Of a stretch of DNA of 64,000 nt, positions 25,679-38,596 are shown piece after piece. Position 1 is the first letter of the stretch. Each line of letters begins with the position of its first letter. The notes beneath the pieces were generated by a model, which had not been told where the DNA came from, did not search any database, and saw only the letters and a program-made list of their open reading frames with translations. Source of the stretch: Squalus acanthias (taxonomy: Eukaryota); NCBI GenBank assembly GCA_030390025.1, contig CM059432.1, positions 129,024,001-129,088,000 on the forward strand, written 5' to 3'. The translations under genes were made by a program, and so were the position numbers.

Positions 25679-26165
25679 TTTTTTGCCAAGCAAGTCCTCC
25701 CAGGCAGTCTCTGAAGACATTCAATGCAGCAGTATCAGAGGCGACGTTCAGACCTAATACTACTACTACTACCTTCATCACATCTCCGTTGTAATAGTGG
25801 ACCTGCAGCCGATAGTCAGCTATCCACTTGTGCTCCCGCCAGGTTTCACTGGAGTGTTTCAGGGTTAAACTAGCTACAGCGTTTCAAAATTGCATTACAG
25901 AGCCAATTTAGAGCTTGTTAAGGGCTTTAATGGCCTCTCCCGCCTCTTGAAGGCGGGACGGAGTCGGGAACCCCGCGACTGATTATGTCAAAATTGCGTG
26001 GAGGCGGGATGGAGTCGGGATGGGGTCGGAAACCCCGACCCCGCAAATTTAACCCCCCACACGCCTCCAAACCCGACTCCATGGGTCATTCAAAATCCAG
26101 CCCAAACTCTCTGCATTAGTTAGCCCAGGTCTCTGGATTACTAATCCAGTAACGTAACCTTTACA
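25005..26165 (-). mobile_element. Bipartite tRNA-headed non-autonomous retroelement (head of the 33249 LINE + tail of the 15518 LINE), interrupted by a MITE
   Basis: Head/body match 32920-33249; tail matches 15520-15630 and 43680-43780. Confidence 0.75.
25367..26103. mobile_element. Harbinger-type MITE containing a (GA)n tract
   Basis: Perfect 13-bp TIR GGGCTGGATTTTG; flanks ATA/AAA; splits a SINE head just before its B box. Confidence 0.85.
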
Positions 26166-26289
26166 GTAAGGTGATACTTCGTGGCTTAAAAAAAAGCAGT
26201 AATTATACTGTAAATGGGAGTTGGCTTGGTGCTGTGGAAGAGCAGAGGGAATTGGGGGTAGAGTTTACAGGACATCAAAGGCAGCATCT

Positions 26290-26950
26290 CAGGTTGTTAA
26301 AGTTGTGAAAAAGATAAAGAAATTCTAGGTCTTATCACAAGAGGTGTAGAATATAAAAGCCAAGAGGTAATGATGAGTCTATATAAAATCTTAATCAGAC
26401 CTTAGTTAGAGTACTGTGTGCAGTATTGGGCTCGGCACTAGAGCAAAAATACTGAGACTTTAGAAAGGGTACAGTGCAGATTCACTCGGATATGAGGAAA
26501 TACAAATATGAAGAAAGATGTGAAAAATCAGGGCTTTATTTTATTAAAACAATGCAGATTACGGGGAAATCTGATAGAAGTGTTTAAAATGATGAAAGGA
26601 TGAGACAGGGTAGATAGAAGCAGCCTATTTTCCAGTACTTGGGAAGTCTAGAATGAGGGGCCATAGATACAAGATTAACTGTAAGAGATTTAGAGAGCAA
26701 GAGAACCTTCTTCACACAGACCATTGTGAGGCTGTGGAATTGACTTCCAGGATTAGTGGTTGTGGCAGAAACTATGTCAACTTTCAAGATTAGACTGAAG
26801 AGCTGGATGAAGGAAAAGAGGATAACGGGATAGGGGAACGGGATGGGTAAGTGTGATTAGGATTATTTGCTCGTGTGGAGGGTAACTGCCAACACAGACT
26901 GGTTGAGCTGAATAGCCTATCCGTGTTGTAACCTTTAGGTATTTCTATAT
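26290..26950 (+). mobile_element. CR1 LINE 3' fragment (degraded)
   Basis: LEYCVQYW and FFTQ..VRLWN-type motifs; atttctat tail. Confidence 0.75.
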
Positions 26951-27129
26951 ATTCACCTTGCATACTCAACATTATTGTTTTATATGGATTATATTTATCT
27001 TCAACTGAGATATCTTTCAGCAATATTTCTCACTTCATTTCTTTCAGTTCTTCCCTCATTCCTTTGATATTTGTCATTTTTTTAAATCACAGTGGTTGTC
27101 AGCAAGCTATTTGAACAGGAAAGCGATTA

Positions 27130-27352
27130 CAGCTGAGACCGCTTCTCTCTTCGCTTGTCATTCACACACGTGCACTTTCCAGCAGAGTTCAGTGGATAGC
27201 CAAGGGGCACTGAGACCAATGATAGCACCCCTGGCCAGTGCCTCAGCTGAGATCGGCTAACTTGGCGCAGGCCGGAGATGGAGCCACGGACCTTCCTGGT
27301 CTGTGTGGCTTCAGTTCCATAATGGCCAGTGCGCTTACCCACTGAGCTGTTG
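27130..27352 (-). mobile_element. LF-SINE-like element
   Basis: Minus strand: gctcagtgggtaag..cagaccaggaaggtcc..gttagccgatctcagc..ctgctggaaagtgc. Confidence 0.55.
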
Positions 27353-28975
27353 GAGGAGATCTAAAAAAAAAATGTTTCAGGTCATTCCAAAACTTTAAAG
27401 TCCTTTCCAAAGGAAACAGACACTCATGCGATCCGGGTCTAAAAGCAAACTTCCACCAGCTGTAAGCACGCACGTCGAGATCCTGTGTCGATGCATTTCC
27501 CTCACCTAGAGTGGCAAGTACAACGGTAATGGAAACTGAGTAATTGAGATGATCTTCTTTAATCATCAGCACCATCAGAACACACTGCCCAGGTAGGAAG
27601 TAAAGAAGCAATGGCGAGGAACTAAGTATTTAAAGAATGTTCGTGGCCTTCAGACAAAGGGTGACAGGCTAAGTGTAAGAAGAGGGGGTGGTTGAGCTGT
27701 CATCACACATCAAAAGTGTTTCTTTCAAAGTCTCATCACATTACTTTAACATTTTAGAAGGATTTTCCTTTCTGAAAGTTACTTAGGTAATAGGGAATTG
27801 AAGACTGTGTACTTGCATCTGACTTTGCACCGAAGAGTTTTTTTTGAGTATTAAAAGAGAGAAGTGAAATAAATCAGCCCATTTATTATTCTAATCATTT
27901 TCTTTATCATTTTAACTTCTCTGATGGGTTCTGTTTCTTTTGCCTGTGGTCAGAGCATCCCTTAAGTCACCAACATAAGCATCCTCCTTGCGATACATTT
28001 TTCTTCTACATAAATTACATTATGTCACTGCCAATGTAAATATGCAAATATTCCCCCATTTCACTGGAGGCAGTATTCACACAGGATCTAACACAATTTA
28101 TGTCATTTTCATCAAGCTCGTCAATGGACAATAGCATGTCAAAGTGGCCAGAATATCTGTAGAAAATAGATGATATAAACTTAGAAAAAACAGTTTTGGT
28201 ATCTCAAATGGCATCGGGGTTGAACTTCCAATAGGAGTTCTCCGCAACTTCATCGGATGATCCACCAAAACCCTGGAGATATGGCGTAAACATTCATTTC
28301 GTCATTTCTCAGGGGTTTACATGGGCCTTCCCACTGAAGTTACGGCAGATGACTGGGTGACCGCACCCCATAGCCCCCACCACAGCAATTTAATCCCTTA
28401 GAATATTGTACCTGAATCATAGTAAACACTTAACCAATTTGCTGAGACATGTTATGCTTTAGTCAGGGTTTCTGCTTAATGGAAGCAAATGGGAATGATA
28501 TAGCGGAATGATATGCTTGGGTTAGCTATGCATGCAACCAGATGCCATTGTTTTAGTGTTAGAAGCTGTGAAGTATTCTATGACCTGCTCACTCTCTCCA
28601 TTAGAGAAAGATGTCACAGTTGTAATCAGCCATAAAAGAGAAGGGCTAAATATGCAATATGTGGTTGAGCACAAGCTTGAACTGTGGTGGTGCAGTGACC
28701 CTCCTAGGTCACAAGCCCGGGTTTAGTTTCCCGGATCTGAGCTAGTTGGGATTTCTTCTACTGTGTTGAACAATTGTTTAAATACAAAAATGTTGACCAT
28801 AAAAATCACATGCAGGTTCCCCATTGGTTTATTGGATAAACGTACCTCATGGTGTGGCACTGAGCCAAGAAACCAGGAAGATTCCAGCTTTTAAATGGTG
28901 AAGAGGCAGGGTATTACAATTGACTACCAAGCTAGGGAAGGGAACTAGACCCTGCTCCTAATCACTATCTCTCAA

Positions 28976-29090
28976 TGTGTATGTGTATGTGTGAGTGTGA
29001 GTGTGAGTGTGGGTATGAGTGGGTGAGTGAGTGAGTGAGTAAGTGTGTGTGTGTGTGTGTGTGTGTGTTTGTGTTTGTGTGTGTGTGTGT
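28976..29090. repeat. (GT)n/(GTGA)n microsatellite
   Basis: Direct reading. Confidence 0.9.
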
Positions 29091-29270
29091 GATACCAGAG
29101 GGCTCCGATCACTTGATGAACCATACCTCAGCATAAGTTACTGCTTTCAGGAGAGAAGGGACATAAAGGGACAACTGGGGAGAAAATTGAAACGGGAAAA
29201 GGAGACATTGTTACATCACACTATTGGTAATATATTACAAACATTCTTTCATACTCATAAGGTTACTACT

Positions 29271-30513
29271 AGGGGAGAAATTCAACCTTGTTTCAGACAT
29301 AAAACGAGGTGAAATACGTAAAATAAATCACCCACGCCCGATCTGCACCCAAAGTTCAATGGCCATCATATTGGAGCGAGTGACTTTCAGTTGCCCTGGG
29401 CACCCGCCTGAAACAGGCTTTGAGCACACACACATGGTATTAGGATCATTGCTTTTCTTGTTATATATAAATGACCTGGACTTGGGTATAGGGAATACAA
29501 TTTCGAAGTTTGTGGATGATACAAAACTTGGCAACGTAGTAAATAGTGAGAAGGATAGTAACGGACTCCAGGAGGACATAAACAGACTGGTGAAATGTGC
29601 AGACACATAGCAGATGCAATTTAATGTAGTTAAGTGTGAAGTGATGCACTTTGGGAGGAACAATATGGAGAGGCAGTATAATCTAAATTGTACTATTTTG
29701 AGAGGGGTACAAGAACAGAGGGAGATATTCACAAATCTTTGAAGGTGGCAAGGCGGTTAAGAAAGTGTAAGGAATACTTGGCTTTGTAAATAGGGGCATT
29801 AAATACAAAAACAAGGGAGTCATGCTAAACCTTTACAAATGTCTGGTTAGGCGTCAGCTGGAGTATTATGTACAATTCTGTGCACCACACTTTAGGAAGA
29901 ATGCCAAAGCCTTGGCGAGGGTACAGAGGAGGTTTACCAGGTTGATACCAGGGATGAGGGACTTCAGTTATGTGGAGAAACTAGAGAAGCTGGGATTGTT
30001 CTCCTCACAGCAGAGAAGGCTAAGGGGTGACCTACTGGAGGTATTCAAATTTGAGAGTTTTTGATAGACTAAGTGGGGAGAAACTTTTTCCTCTGGCAAG
30101 TGGGTCGATAATCAGAGGTCATCGATTTAAAACAATTGGCAAAAGAAGTAGAGAAGAAAAGAGGAGACATTTTTTCACACAGTGGCTTGTTAGGTTGTGG
30201 AATGCACTACCTGAAAGGGTGGTGGAATCAGATTCCAGAGGAACTTTTAAAAGGCAATGGGACATGTACTTGAAGAGGGCTAATTTGCATGGTTATGGGG
30301 AAGAAGTTGGGGTGTGGGACTAATTGGAGAGCTCTTTCAAAGAGTCGGCACAGGCACGATGGGCCAAATGGCCTCCTTCTGTGCTGTAAGATTCTATGAT
30401 TCTATGATTTATAAAAATCAGGGTCCAACGCTCCTACCAGCATGGACCAGCACGCGAATCAAGCACTCTACCAATTTTCCACCCATTTCGGGCGCAAGTC
30501 CAATTTCTCACCC
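29271..30513. mobile_element. Harbinger-type MITE (related to 58762-60572) with nested CR1
   Basis: ACT TSD (29268-29270, 30514-30516); TIRs AGGGGAGAAATTC / GGGTGAGAAATTG. Confidence 0.8.
29433..30407 (+). mobile_element. 5'-truncated CR1 LINE
   Basis: VLGSLLFLLYINDL..KFVDDTKL, LEYYVQF, FFTQWLVRLWNALP; (ATTCTATG)n tail. Confidence 0.9.
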
Positions 30514-31554
30514 ACTGTGATTGATGCAATACACTATATGCAAGCAGCTTGGCATCCAAATTATTAATAAAGAACTGCTTTTGTCAGGACATAGCCTGTA
30601 GTCAGGTTACACCAATGTGAGTTCACAGGATACAAATATCCATGGTATCTACCTCCTGATAATGTGTCCTTTGTATTAAGAAAGGTCTCACTGATTGCTT
30701 CAGTGACTAAGTACTGAATGAATCCAGCTTCCTGTTTCCTTTCTGCTAAGTGTCATCAACATGACTCTTGTCCTGTCTTCTTCTGTGCTTCATGGGAGGC
30801 ATGAGTAAATTCCCTGAGGCCCAAAGAGAGATTTTAAGCCTGGTCAAGGCTTTTCCTCATCACTCGATTCTAAGTGTGTTAAGACTATTTCCGCTGACCA
30901 AGACTAATTGCCCATGAGCAGAGCTAATGCACGCCTCATTGTATTCTGAGCCAGTCATGGGTATTTTTAGCTGAATTTAAGACAATGAGGAGATTTAGAA
31001 CATCTGTTTAATGTTTTACTTCAACCACCCCCCCGCCACCCCCCAAGCTGCATCATGGTATCAGGAAACACTAATACGCCAGATCACATTTTTTTCTGTT
31101 ATTGTATACCTCGAGGATATTTGTTATTGCCGTAAGGAAACGCTTAAGACCTATTTACAGGAGAGCTGTTGATTTGGATCAAATCCCAATCAACATCCTG
31201 TTCCCTGTTACACGTGGCATCAAAATGATAGCGATTGAAATCAGCTGACAAAGAATCCCAAAGATAAGACTGTGCCACAAGTGCTGCTAGATTTGTTCCA
31301 AATTGATTTTTACATTAATTTAAGCCAGCATGCTATTGGATTTCAATCTGACGGAAGTATTCAACAACACATCAGGTACATTATCTGCCCAGCCAGCAGG
31401 ACTTGGAGCAATCAGAGTCATCCAGCTTGGCTGCAGCAAAGATTGGAACATGGGTATTAACCAATAGCCTCTTTTCTTTTCTAGTTCTTACTCACAGTAG
31501 GGAATATGATTGAGGAAAAACATAAACTTTTACACAGCATGGTCGCGGAAAAAA

Positions 31555-31830
31555 AATAACTTGTATTTATATAATGCCATTCATGTCCGAAGGACATCGC
31601 AAAGCATTTTATAGCCATTGAAGTAACTTCAATACATAGGCAATGCAACAACCAATTTGCGTAAAGCAAGCTCCCACAAAAAGCACTGAAATAGATAACT
31701 AGCTAACCTGTTATCAGTGGTGTTGGTTGGGGGATAAATGTTGGCCTGGACGCCGGGAGAATTCCCTTGCTCTTCGTCAAGTAGTGCCTTGGGAACTTGT
31801 ATATTCACCTGAGCAGGCAGACAGGGCCTC
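31555..31830 (-). mobile_element. Deu-domain SINE, partial
   Basis: Matches 14365-14620. Confidence 0.65.
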
Positions 31831-32140
31831 AGGCTGGAGGGCTGGTTGTCCTCGAGAGGTTATGGGAGGCCCACCCGATTTTAATGACCGGGCCTTATTA
31901 ACATGAAGCTGGAGGACTTCCTGACAAAAAACAACCAGGAAGTCGACGGGAAGCAGCTGGTAGCATGTTAAAATTGGCCAGGCCGAAAGTAAGTGCAAGG
32001 ATGTGGGTGGGAGGTGGTGGAGGTGGGGGGGGGGGTGGTTGATAGGGGGTTCTAGGGTGGTCAGCAGTTTGGGAATGGGTGGGGGTGGAGTCCAGGCAGA
32101 AGAAGCCAACACTTTCCTTGTGGGGGCCAGAGCAGCACGG

Positions 32141-33249
32141 TGGTAGTGCCACACAACGGAGGGTGTCCTCAGTGTGAAGACAGGTCTTCGTCTCCACAAG
32201 GACTGTGCGGTGGTCACTGCTACCAATGCTTTCATGGACAGATGCATCTGCGACAGGTAGATTGATGAGGATGAGGTCAAGCAGGTTTTTCCCTCGTGTT
32301 GGTTTTCTCACCACCTGCCGCAGGCCCAGTCTGGTAGCTATGTCCTTCAGGACTTGCCTAGCTCGGTCAGTAATGGTGCTACCCCGCCACTCTTGGTGAT
32401 GGACATTGAAGTCCCCCACCCAGAGTACATTCTGTGCCCTTGCTACCATCAGTGCTTCTTCCAAGTGGTGTTCAACATGGAGTAGTACTGATTCATCAGC
32501 TGAGGGAGGGCGGTAGGTGGTAATAAAGCAGGAGGTTTCCTTGTCCATGCTTGACCTGAAGCCATGAGACTTTGTGGGGTCTGGAGTCAATGTTGAGGAC
32601 TCCCAGGGCCACTCCCTCCCCACTGTATACCACTGTGCCGCCACCCCTGGTGGGCCTGTCCTGCCGGTGGGACAGGACATACCCACGGATGGTGATGGAG
32701 GAGTCTGGGACATTGGCTGAAAGGTATGATTCTGGCAGGTTGTTGCTTGACTAGTCTGTGTGACAGCTCTCACAATTTTGACACAAATCTCCAGATGTTA
32801 GTGAGGAGGACTTTGCAGGGTCGACTGGGCTGGGTGTGCCGTTGGCGTGTCCGATGCCGGTGCCAAGGTCGATGCTGGGTGGTCCGTCTGGTTTTATTTT
32901 TAGTATTGTTTCTCGTAGCGGTTTGTTACAACTGAGTGGCTTGCTAGACTATTACAGAGGGCAGTTAAGAGTCAACCACATTGCTGTGATTTTGGAGTCA
33001 CATATAGGCCAGACCAGGTCAGGATGGCAGATTTCCTTCCCTAAAGGACATTAGTGAACCAGATGGTTTTTTAACGAAAATTCGATAGTTTCATGGTTAC
33101 CATTACCGATACTTGCTTTTTATTCCAGATTTATTTAATTAACTGAATTTAAATTCCCCAGCTGCCGTGGTATGATTTGAACTCACATCTCTGGATCATT
33201 AGTCCAGGCCTCTGGATTACTAGTCCAGTAACTTAACACTATGCTACCT
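32141..33249 (-). mobile_element. 5' part of a CR1-group LINE: tRNA-like head, UTR and APE endonuclease
   Basis: A-box-like TAGCATAGTG at the 5' end, B-box GAGTTCAAATC; then VLLTNIW..., TTYRPPS, WVGDFNVHH, PTRGKNLLDLIL, SDH. Confidence 0.85.
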
Positions 33250-34428
33250 TTCCCTGCACACCATCAGATTTGGCCATTCGTTTTATAAAGGAAGGGAAAG
33301 ATGTTACAGACACAGGTGTCAACTTGTACACCAATGGTGGGACGAGACTTATGCGTAACCTGCATGGGTGCAACGATTGAAATGCAAAGATGAATAAGTG
33401 AGCCTTAGAGCTCAGGCAGTGAGACCACCCCAAGTGAGGCAAGGTCCATTGTACCTATGTTCAATCAGCCTGGTATTCTTGCCTTCCCTTTGTGCTCTTT
33501 TTAGAGTTATAAAACTAACACACCTCCTCCCAAGTTCGTGCAGTACTCAACCCTGACTTGACCCTGTGATGCACTTCATTGCGTTTGAGTCGAGTGGAGT
33601 TTGCTGTTGATTCGTACAGCAGCTCAAAAAACAACCTTAAATGTTGGCATCCAAGGTTTGCCGTCCACTCTATGGCCCCTGCTGAAACAGAGTGAATAGA
33701 AGCTATCCCACCAGGGAAGGATCTTAGGTAGCTATGGTCCACAAGATGTTCCATGGTTCGGACAGCCTCTCCACAGATCAGAAAGTTAATTATGTTTCTC
33801 AAAATGCTCCTCAGTCAGGGCGTAAGTGTCTGGTCTGTAAAATGAGCCTCATGATATCTTTGTTCTGGCATTTGTATCAAACGTTTTGCACCTCCCAGCT
33901 ATTTCGATAAAAGACCCATCAGGTAAGTGGATATGTAGTTGCCTGAGAGAAGTGAAAGCAGTATTATTAGAGGTGTGCCCTAATTGGCTGGCTTTCTTTC
34001 ATTGCTGCTTATGATTCAGATCGCACAAAATCTTTGGAAACAAGGTCGTGCACACTTGTCATCTTGATTTGGGTTTATTCCTTTCGACAATGTAAGGGGC
34101 AACCCTCTATTTCTGAAAAGAGAAAAATGAACCCCAAAGTAGTTCATGTAGATTTTGTTGCTGTCAAAACTACAATTTCTGATGAAGGATAAATTCATGG
34201 TGAGTTCAATTAGAACTGTCTCTATAATCTTGAAGGGAAAGGAAAGTACAGGAGGAATACTTTTGGTTAAAAGTGCTCCCATGGTTATATGAAAAAATAC
34301 ACCCACAAATATATTTGTTGCCTTTAGGAAAAAAAATATTTCCCATTTTTAGCCAAATGATTACTGGCTATTTTGGTCTCTTCCCCCTGCCCCCCACCCC
34401 TCCAAGAGCTGCAGCCGTGTGTAACAAT

Positions 34429-35194
34429 GGCCTGAAAATTAGACCTAATACGGGAGATTACGCACTGTGTACTCTCGCGTATTAGGTCCCGAAGTGCCGG
34501 TTACCTGCATGCACTGCGCATGCATGGGAAACCGGCACTTCGGGTATTGCGAAGGGGGCGGTTCCTAAGTGAACCGTGTGCGCACTACAGGTTGTGCGCA
34601 CGCAGCACACTTAGGTTTTTTTTCAGGTTTGAACGTGCAGGTAAGTGTTGAAGATTTTACACATGAAGAAAGCAGGCGTAAGACCCCCTTTTAACAAGGT
34701 AAGTAGTTAATTAAGTATTATTTTAAATTTTTTTCAACAGGTTTATCTTTTTTAGAGACTTTAAAGAAAGGTAAGTTTATTTTTATAACTTTTAAAAAGA
34801 ATTTAAATATTTTCAAAAATTTAAATTTTTGTTTAAAGTGGTTAATTTATTTAACTATAGTTATTTTATTAATGTGATGGCTTTTTAAAAAAATTTAATT
34901 GAGGTTTAGCTGTTCTTTTGGGGGCTTGTTGTATTCATAGTTTTGACAGCTCTTCCTGTCAAAACTATGAATGAAAGATGGTGTGCTGCCATTGGCTCTC
35001 CATGGCCCACGTGATCCCAGAGGTCGCATCGCACTAACTGCGCCTCTGGGACACGCACACACTGCACGCCGGCACCAGGGAGAGGCCCAGGAACTGAAGT
35101 TTGTGTGGGCCAAAACCATAAAGGCAGGCGCGGAGTGCGATATCGCGGGGGATCCTTACCCCCGCGGCAACCATCGAACTCCAATTTCTGGGCC
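34429..35194. mobile_element. Harbinger-type MITE with three subterminal hairpins
   Basis: TIR-like GGCCTGAAAATT / GGCCCAGAAATT; flanks AAT/ATT; AT-rich centre. Confidence 0.6.
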
Positions 35195-35356
35195 ATTACC
35201 CTGCCAGTGCCGCACAATTCCAGAATCAAACAAACTGAGCCTCTCCAGGACTTACCCTGGGCTTTCCTTTGTATTCAATTTTGATTATTCCATTTATATT
35301 TTTAACATTACATTCAGAGTATTTTCTAAAACATAGATGCCTGCAAAATACACAAT

Positions 35357-35496
35357 GGGGGAGATTTTCCTGGGTCTTAAATGGAGGAAAATCAGGCGGG
35401 TTCCTTTACACTCTGAGCTGCCCGACTTTCCGCTATTCCCTGGGCACACTCGATCAATCCAGTGAACCTGGGTGCGGACCCAGGAAAATCTCTCCT
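35357..35496. mobile_element. 140-bp MITE
   Basis: 20-bp TIR GGGGGAGATTTTCCTGGGTC with 2 mismatches. Confidence 0.7.
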
Positions 35497-36003
35497 ACAC
35501 TATAGCGACTCCCACAGCAGGCATCTGTTGTTTTCTTGTGCCTGTTATGTCCTGTTCCCCATTGATCTTCATTGCAGATAACCTCCTGATCTGTGCAGTC
35601 ATCTCAGCCTGAAGCATCAATGGCTATTTTCACAAGCAGAAACAAGCAAAAGCATTTGTTTATATCACGGGAATGAACCCGAGTCATCTTCTTCATTCTG
35701 TACATGCCTCCTGTAAGGGTCTGAAGTAAAATAAATCTGGGCAGACTCATTTCAGCTCCTTGTGGATATGGGGTCACATCCCAAGCTGCCTAGAATTCAG
35801 AACTAATTGACATTTAAGTTCGCAGTCTCAATCAGAAAGGCCATAGAACACTGGTGTAGGAAATAGAAGTGTTACACTAGCACAGCAGGTATGCTTCCTC
35901 AAGCTGGGGTTCGGGAATAGCGTTGGGAGAGAGCATTGGAAGTTTTATTCTGTGTATAATCATGTCATATTTGCCCTGGGAAGTTTTGATGTTGATGCAG
36001 TGT

Positions 36004-36722
36004 GGGGTAAAGTTTCTGCTGCTTGGCGATAGTATTATCAGCTCAAAATAGGTGAAATCGGCTGAATCAGCGCAAAAGATCGGGGAATTTTCAACGTAAG
36101 TTGCGTCAAGCATAAATCGAGTTTCCACAATCTTTAACGCTGGTTTAAAAATAATTTTGCCCAAAGCTGGCCCCGCCCACAAAACTGGCCACGCCCCAGA
36201 TCGAAATAATGAGGATAGCGTGTTTCCGCGTTTGCGGCTTCACAGTGAGCTTTGTTTTGGCGCACGGGCACTGGTAGTTTTAGAAGTTTTTACATATTAA
36301 AAATGTATTAAGGAACTGACTAGTGTACACTAATGAAACTAATAAATGGTTCAGTATAGTTCTTTAAGTTATTTTCAGTGATTTTCAAATCGGGTTACTC
36401 ACAGGTGGTGGACTAGACAGTCCGATTAAAAATGCTTATTTTTTTGTGATAAACCCATTTTCAGCTGTATTAAGAAAACCGCACCAGGTCACCACTCCTA
36501 AATACATCAAGGAATATTTTTTAACGCAAAGAAAAAATATAAACAGTTACGTTCTATTACGCTGCCCGATTGCGCTGGTCCATGGAAGATTTAACGTTTG
36601 TGAGTATGCAAATGAGTTTGAGCGGAATCTTGCACCATAACTTCACTTCGGAAAACCAGCGCGGTTTCAAGCGCAATTTGCGCTCAGTTTCCCAACTGTG
36701 CCCAAAGCGGAAACTCCACCCC
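36004..36722. mobile_element. Harbinger-type MITE
   Basis: TIRs GGGGTAAAGTTTCTGCT / GGGGTGGAGTTTCCGCT; CpG-rich ends, AT-rich centre; no clean TSD. Confidence 0.6.
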
Positions 36723-37244
36723 GGAGTACAAAAGGTCGGGCAATATTGAATTCTCCAACAGTGAGGTCCTTCACCCGATCAGCAGAAAAACTCACCAACA
36801 TATTTTACTGGAAATCTGAAAAAAAAACCGCCTGGCACAGATCGGACTGATTTTCCGTTTTGCCACATTCTTGCTGCCAGTGAAGTTCTCACATAACGGA
36901 GCAGAGTCCAGCCTTGTATTATATTCCAAGGTTAGGTTAGTACTGTCATTTATTGTGCTTCGAGCTAGCTTGCACCAGCAGCCAGGAGCTCACGAAGGGT
37001 GGGGGTTGGGGGAAAAGGCAGAAAATGCCTCAAGACTGTAGCTCTTAAGAACTGCTGAGAACATTTTCATGAACGCAACTACTTAAAGGTAAGTGGTTGT
37101 ACGTATAATTCCTGTTTGCTGTTGCCACGATTTAGTAATGCTTCTGTGACATTGGTAACACTTAACTAACTCTTCAATCAATAACCTGTAACACTTCTTA
37201 TTGGTTTTAATAGGCAACATTGTAATTCTGTAACAAATATTGCC

Positions 37245-37276
37245 TGCAGTACACGCTTTGCCCATAGGTGGCAGTG
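37245..37276 (+). promoter_or_regulatory. Candidate CTCF site with upstream module
   Basis: TGCAGT + 7 nt + TTGCCCATAGGTGGCAGT in non-repeat sequence; motif match only. Confidence 0.4.
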
Positions 37277-37571
37277 TTACACTTCCGCTATCTTGCCTGC
37301 CATTCTCAGTTGTTCCAGAGGCGGTGCTGCAACCTCTCTCAGCCTGTTACGACAACCACAGCTAAAAGTCCTCAAACTAACTGGGAGCAAAGCCAAACAA
37401 GATTCACTTCTGGGTAACAATTTGTTTGAATCTTACTTTACACTGAAGACATTTTTCAAATCATTTGAATGGTTGCATGAGGGGAAGGAAGTAGCAGGCA
37501 AAAAGAAATGCAGGCAAACCCAATGTGGAGCCCGGAAACTCAGTCTGTGGGAAAGTGACAGAATGGTGCAG

Positions 37572-37974
37572 CATAAGAACATAAGAAATAGGAGCAGGAG
37601 TAGGCCATTCGGCCCTTCGAGCCTGCTCCGCCATTCAATGAGATCATGGCTGATCTTCAGCCTCAACTCCATTCACCGGCCCTATCGCCATATCCCTTGA
37701 TGCCTTTACTAGTCAGAAATCCATCGACTTCTGTTTTGAATATACCCAATGACTGAGCCTCCACAGCCCTCTGGGGTAGAGAATTCCCAAGATTCACCAC
37801 CCTCTGTGCGAAGAAATGTCTTCTCATCTCAGTCCTGAATGGCCTACCCTTTATCTTGAGGCTGTGGCCCCTGGTTCTAGACTCCCCAGCCAAGGGAAAC
37901 ATTCTCCCAGCATCCACCCTATCAAGCCCTGTAATCATTTTGTATGCTTCAATGAGATCCCCTCTCATTCTTCT
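37572..37974 (-). mobile_element. CR1 LINE 3' fragment
   Basis: RRMRGDLIEAYK..FFAQRVVNLGNSLP; (CATAAGAA)n tail. Confidence 0.88.
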
Positions 37975-38216
37975 GTCCCCGATCCCCATTTGATTACTGG
38001 CGCAGTAAGCATGTTGCTGAATGAGGTGGGTACAAAGATGATTGCCCTGTTTGGCACTGCAGGGACCCTTCAAGATGGCAATACATCATACCTGGCAGAA
38101 GATGGTACCCAGGCTGAACACTGTGTACAGTACCGAGAGAGCCCGGGCACAGATACAGGAGAAGGCAGCATGCTTTACAGAATCTAGCAAAGTAAGACGA
38201 CTCAAATGTACTAGGT

Positions 38217-38454
38217 TGTTGTGGCTGCCGCGAAGCACGAATTGAGGCCGAGTCAATATATGGAACACATGGCTTTTTATTACATCTCCTCTGGTAAAAA
38301 TGGCTGCTACCACATTTTTCTGCAAAACCCTGAGGACGCGCCCACTCCTTTTTTCATGCCTTAAAGGCAGCATGCGCCTTAAAGGCAAGGTGCCCGATTT
38401 ATTGTCCATGGACGGAAAAGTGGATTGCGCCCGTTTAGGTGGCGATCCGCCACA
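38217..38454 (-). repeat. 3' LTR
   Basis: 8 substitutions versus 42326-42563 by manual comparison; preceded on the minus strand by a G-rich PPT (GGGGGGAGCTG). Confidence 0.95.
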
Positions 38455-38596
38455 CAGCTCCCCCCAGAATCCGCTTAGGAGGTGTGAACGAGTTGTGCAG
38501 CGGTCTGATGGGCTGGCCGGAGCGACTCTTGTAGGACGCCGGTGGACGTGGAACGGCCGGGCGTGGAGCAGCCGGGTGAACTGGCTTGAGGGCAGG

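Noticed and set aside
31167..31195. Small hairpin TGTTGATTTGGAT-CAA-ATCCCAATCAACA
   Set aside because: Too short for a pre-miRNA and has no other support.
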